Shown here one piece after another: positions 30,756 through 32,799 of a stretch of DNA of 32,799 bases. Made by a program: the position numbers and the translations under genes. This stretch comes from Alphaproteobacteria bacterium (GTDB lineage Bacteria; Pseudomonadota; Alphaproteobacteria; Rhizobiales; Xanthobacteraceae). Numbering within the stretch: the first letter of the stretch is position 1; every line of letters starts with the position of its first letter. Below the pieces are notes generated by a model. The model did not search any database, was not told the DNA's origin, and saw nothing but the letters and a program-made list of their open reading frames with translations. The DNA lies in contig VAZL01000070.1 of NCBI GenBank assembly GCA_005883445.1, positions 1 through 32,799 of the forward strand, in the 5' to 3' direction.

Positions 30756-31736
30756 ATGACGGGGCAAGAGCGCGCCGCTAGAGTAAGGCGCATGAGGACG
30801 ACCGCACCCGCCGCCGCAACCCCCCGCGCGCTCCGCGACCGCGCCGCTCGCCCCTACGTCCTCAACGGCCACTCGACCAGCGCGCCGCCGCTTCCGGCCG
30901 GCCTCTATCTGGTCGCCACCCCGATCGGCAATTTGCGCGATATTACCGTGCGGGCGCTCGAGGTGCTCGCCGCCGCCGACCTCATCGCCTGTGAGGACAC
31001 GCGCGTCACCCGCAAGCTTCTCGACCGTTATGGCATTACCACCCCGCTCGCCCCCTACCACGACCACAACGCCGTCGAGGCGCGACCGAAGCTCATCGCC
31101 CGGCTCGCCGCGGGCGCCGCGATCGCGCTGGTCTCGGACGCCGGGACGCCGCTCGTGTCCGACCCCGGTTACAAGCTCGTGCGCGACGCGCGCGCGGCGG
31201 GCGCGAGCGTGACGGCGTTGCCGGGCGCCTCGGCGGTCCTCGCAGCGCTTACGCTGAGCGGGCTTCCCACCGACCGGTTCTTGTTCGAGGGATTCTTGCC
31301 GACGAAAGAAGGCGCGCGGCGCGCGCGCATCAACGAGCTCAAACGCATTCCAGGAACGCTCGTTCTGTTCGAGACCGGCGCGCGTATTGCCGCCACGCTC
31401 GCCGATCTTGCCGCGGAGCTTGGTCCGCGCCAGGCCGCGATCTGCCGCGAGCTCACCAAGCTCTACGAGGAGGTCCGGCGCGGCGAACTCGGCATGCTCG
31501 CGCGCGCGGCGGCGCAAGCGGAGGAGCCGCGGGGCGAGATCGTGATCGTCGTGGCGCCGCCCGATCGGCAAGCCGAGGTGGGAGCGGCCGATCTCGATGC
31601 GTTGCTGCGTCAGGCGCTCGAGCGTCTTTCGGTCAAGGAGGCCGTCGCCGAAATCGCCGCCGTCACCGGAGAGTCCCGCCGTGGGGTCTATCAGCGCGCG
31701 CTCGCGCTCGCCAAGGAGCGCGAGCATGGCCGATGA
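30756..31736 (+). CDS. rsmI: 16S rRNA (cytidine1402-2'-O)-methyltransferase
   Basis: [41 protein letters not shown]......YHDHN...........[20 protein letters not shown]......G..V..LPGASA...AL..SGL....F.FEGFLP. An alternative start is ATG 30792. Confidence 0.9.
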   Translation: MTGQERAARVRRMRTTAPAAATPRALRDRAARPYVLNGHSTSAPPLPAGLYLVATPIGNLRDITVRALEVLAAADLIACEDTRVTRKLLDRYGITTPLAPYHDHNAVEARPKLIARLAAGAAIALVSDAGTPLVSDPGYKLVRDARAAGASVTALPGASAVLAALTLSGLPTDRFLFEGFLPTKEGARRARINELKRIPGTLVLFETGARIAATLADLAAELGPRQAAICRELTKLYEEVRRGELGMLARAAAQAEEPRGEIVIVVAPPDRQAEVGAADLDALLRQALERLSVKEAVAEIAAVTGESRRGVYQRALALAKEREHGR

Positions 31737-32130
31737 GCGCCCGCGCGCAAGCCCGATTCAAGTTCCGCGCCCGGAGCGCCAGATCGCGTTTCGCACCGGG
31801 ATTTCAGCCGAGAGCCGGGCGGCGGCGTTTCTCATCGCCAAAGGCTTTCGCATCCTGGCGCGGCGCTGGAGGAGCCCGGTCGGCGAAATCGATATCATCG
31901 CTCGCCGCCGCAGCCTGTTGGTGTTCGTCGAGGTCAAGGCGCGCGAAAGACTGGACGACGCCGCATGGTCCGTCACCGATCGCCAGCGCCTGCGCATCGC
32001 CGCCGCCGCCGAAGCGTGGCTCGCGCGAAACGGCGACGACCGCATCCGCGATATCCGCTTCGATGCCATGCTGGTGGCGCCGGGCCGTATTCCGCGTCAT
32101 ATCCCCGCGGCGTTCGACGCCGGCGGCTGA
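31726..32130 (+). CDS. yraN: YraN family protein (UPF0102, predicted endonuclease fold)
   Basis: 134 aa from ATG 31726, overlapping the rsmI end by 11 nt. ...[49 protein letters not shown]...........V...Q..RI..AAE.WL......IRFDAMLV is the YraN signature. Confidence 0.85.
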   Translation: MADERPRASPIQVPRPERQIAFRTGISAESRAAAFLIAKGFRILARRWRSPVGEIDIIARRRSLLVFVEVKARERLDDAAWSVTDRQRLRIAAAAEAWLARNGDDRIRDIRFDAMLVAPGRIPRHIPAAFDAGG

Positions 32131-32179
32131 TGCGGTGGGGTGATAACTTGCGGCACCGAAACATGTCTTCGGGGCATCG

Positions 32180-32799
32180 ATGCGCCTGAACATCGCCGTG
32201 CAGATGGACCCGATCGAGCGGATCAGCATCCGCGGCGATTCCACCTTCGCGCTGCTGCTGGAAGCGCAAAAACGCGGCCACGGCATCGCCTATTACACGC
32301 CGGACCGGCTGGCGTTGCTGGGCGCGAAGGTGGTCGCGAACGTGCAGCCGCTCAAGGTTCGCGACCAGCAAGGCGACCATTTCACGCTCGGCGAGGCGCG
32401 GCGTACCGAGTTGACCGAGTTCGACGTCGTCTTGCTGCGGCAGGATCCGCCGTTCGACCTTGCCTACATCACGACCACGCATCTGCTCGAGCGCATCCAG
32501 CCCGGCACGCTGGTCGTCAATGACCCGAGCGCGGTGCGCAACGCGCCGGAAAAAATGTTCGTGATGGAATTTCCCGAGCTGATGCCGCCCACGCTGATCA
32601 CCCGCGACCTCGCCGAGATCAAGGCGTTCCGCGTCGAGCACGGCGACATCGTGATGAAGCCGCTCTACGGCAAGGGCGGCGAGGCGGTGTTTCGGCTGGC
32701 AAAGGAAGACCTCAACTTCGGCTCGCTCTACGATCTCTTCACCGTGACGTTCCGCGAGCAGTGGGTGGTGCAAAAATTCCTGCCCGCGGTCAAAGACGG
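32180..32799 (+). CDS. gshB: Glutathione synthetase, N-terminal about 206 codons; 3' end outside the window
   Basis: Not in the supplied ORF track because no stop is reached. My translation from ATG 32180 is [60 protein letters not shown]...[62 protein letters not shown]...[27 protein letters not shown]...[10 protein letters not shown], colinear with E. coli GshB. Confidence 0.9.
   Translation, partial: MRLNIAVQMDPIERISIRGDSTFALLLEAQKRGHGIAYYTPDRLALLGAKVVANVQPLKVRDQQGDHFTLGEARRTELTEFDVVLLRQDPPFDLAYITTTHLLERIQPGTLVVNDPSAVRNAPEKMFVMEFPELMPPTLITRDLAEIKAFRVEHGDIVMKPLYGKGGEAVFRLAKEDLNFGSLYDLFTVTFREQWVVQKFLPAVKD

Overview
High-GC (roughly 65-67%) chromosomal core segment. Gene content and order look like an alphaproteobacterium of the Hyphomicrobiales (Bradyrhizobiaceae/Beijerinckiaceae-like): infC-rpmI-rplT, pheS-pheT, dnaK-dnaJ-pmtA, hrcA-grpE divergent from rph-rdgB-hemW, and an lpoA-like gene divergent from rsmI-yraN-gshB. 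I can support about 33 protein-coding genes. I see no rRNA or tRNA, no CRISPR, no transposase, integrase or phage genes, and no recognisable defence genes, so I do not see a novel multi-gene system here. The most unusual observation is that four strongly conserved genes each lack a short block (about 15-30 codons) of normally invariant sequence, mostly with a frame shift: pheT at two sites, dnaK, alkB and probably nth. Their neighbours are intact. This means either collapsed assembly or scaffold gaps, or genuine lesions in genes that are normally essential. Other points: a probable AUU start for infC; a perfect alphaproteobacterial RpoH (sigma-32) promoter for dnaK; a 4 x 14-bp tandem repeat in the dnaK/alkB divergent spacer; a low-GC, repeat-encoded N-terminal extension on the PmtA-like methyltransferase; a 9-1-9 palindrome upstream of a deacetylase gene; and an intrinsic terminator between hrcA and grpE. 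gshB (3' edge) and a glycosyltransferase (5' edge) run off the window and are absent or truncated in the ORF track. Many long ORFs in the track are antisense or out-of-frame shadows, as expected for high-GC DNA.
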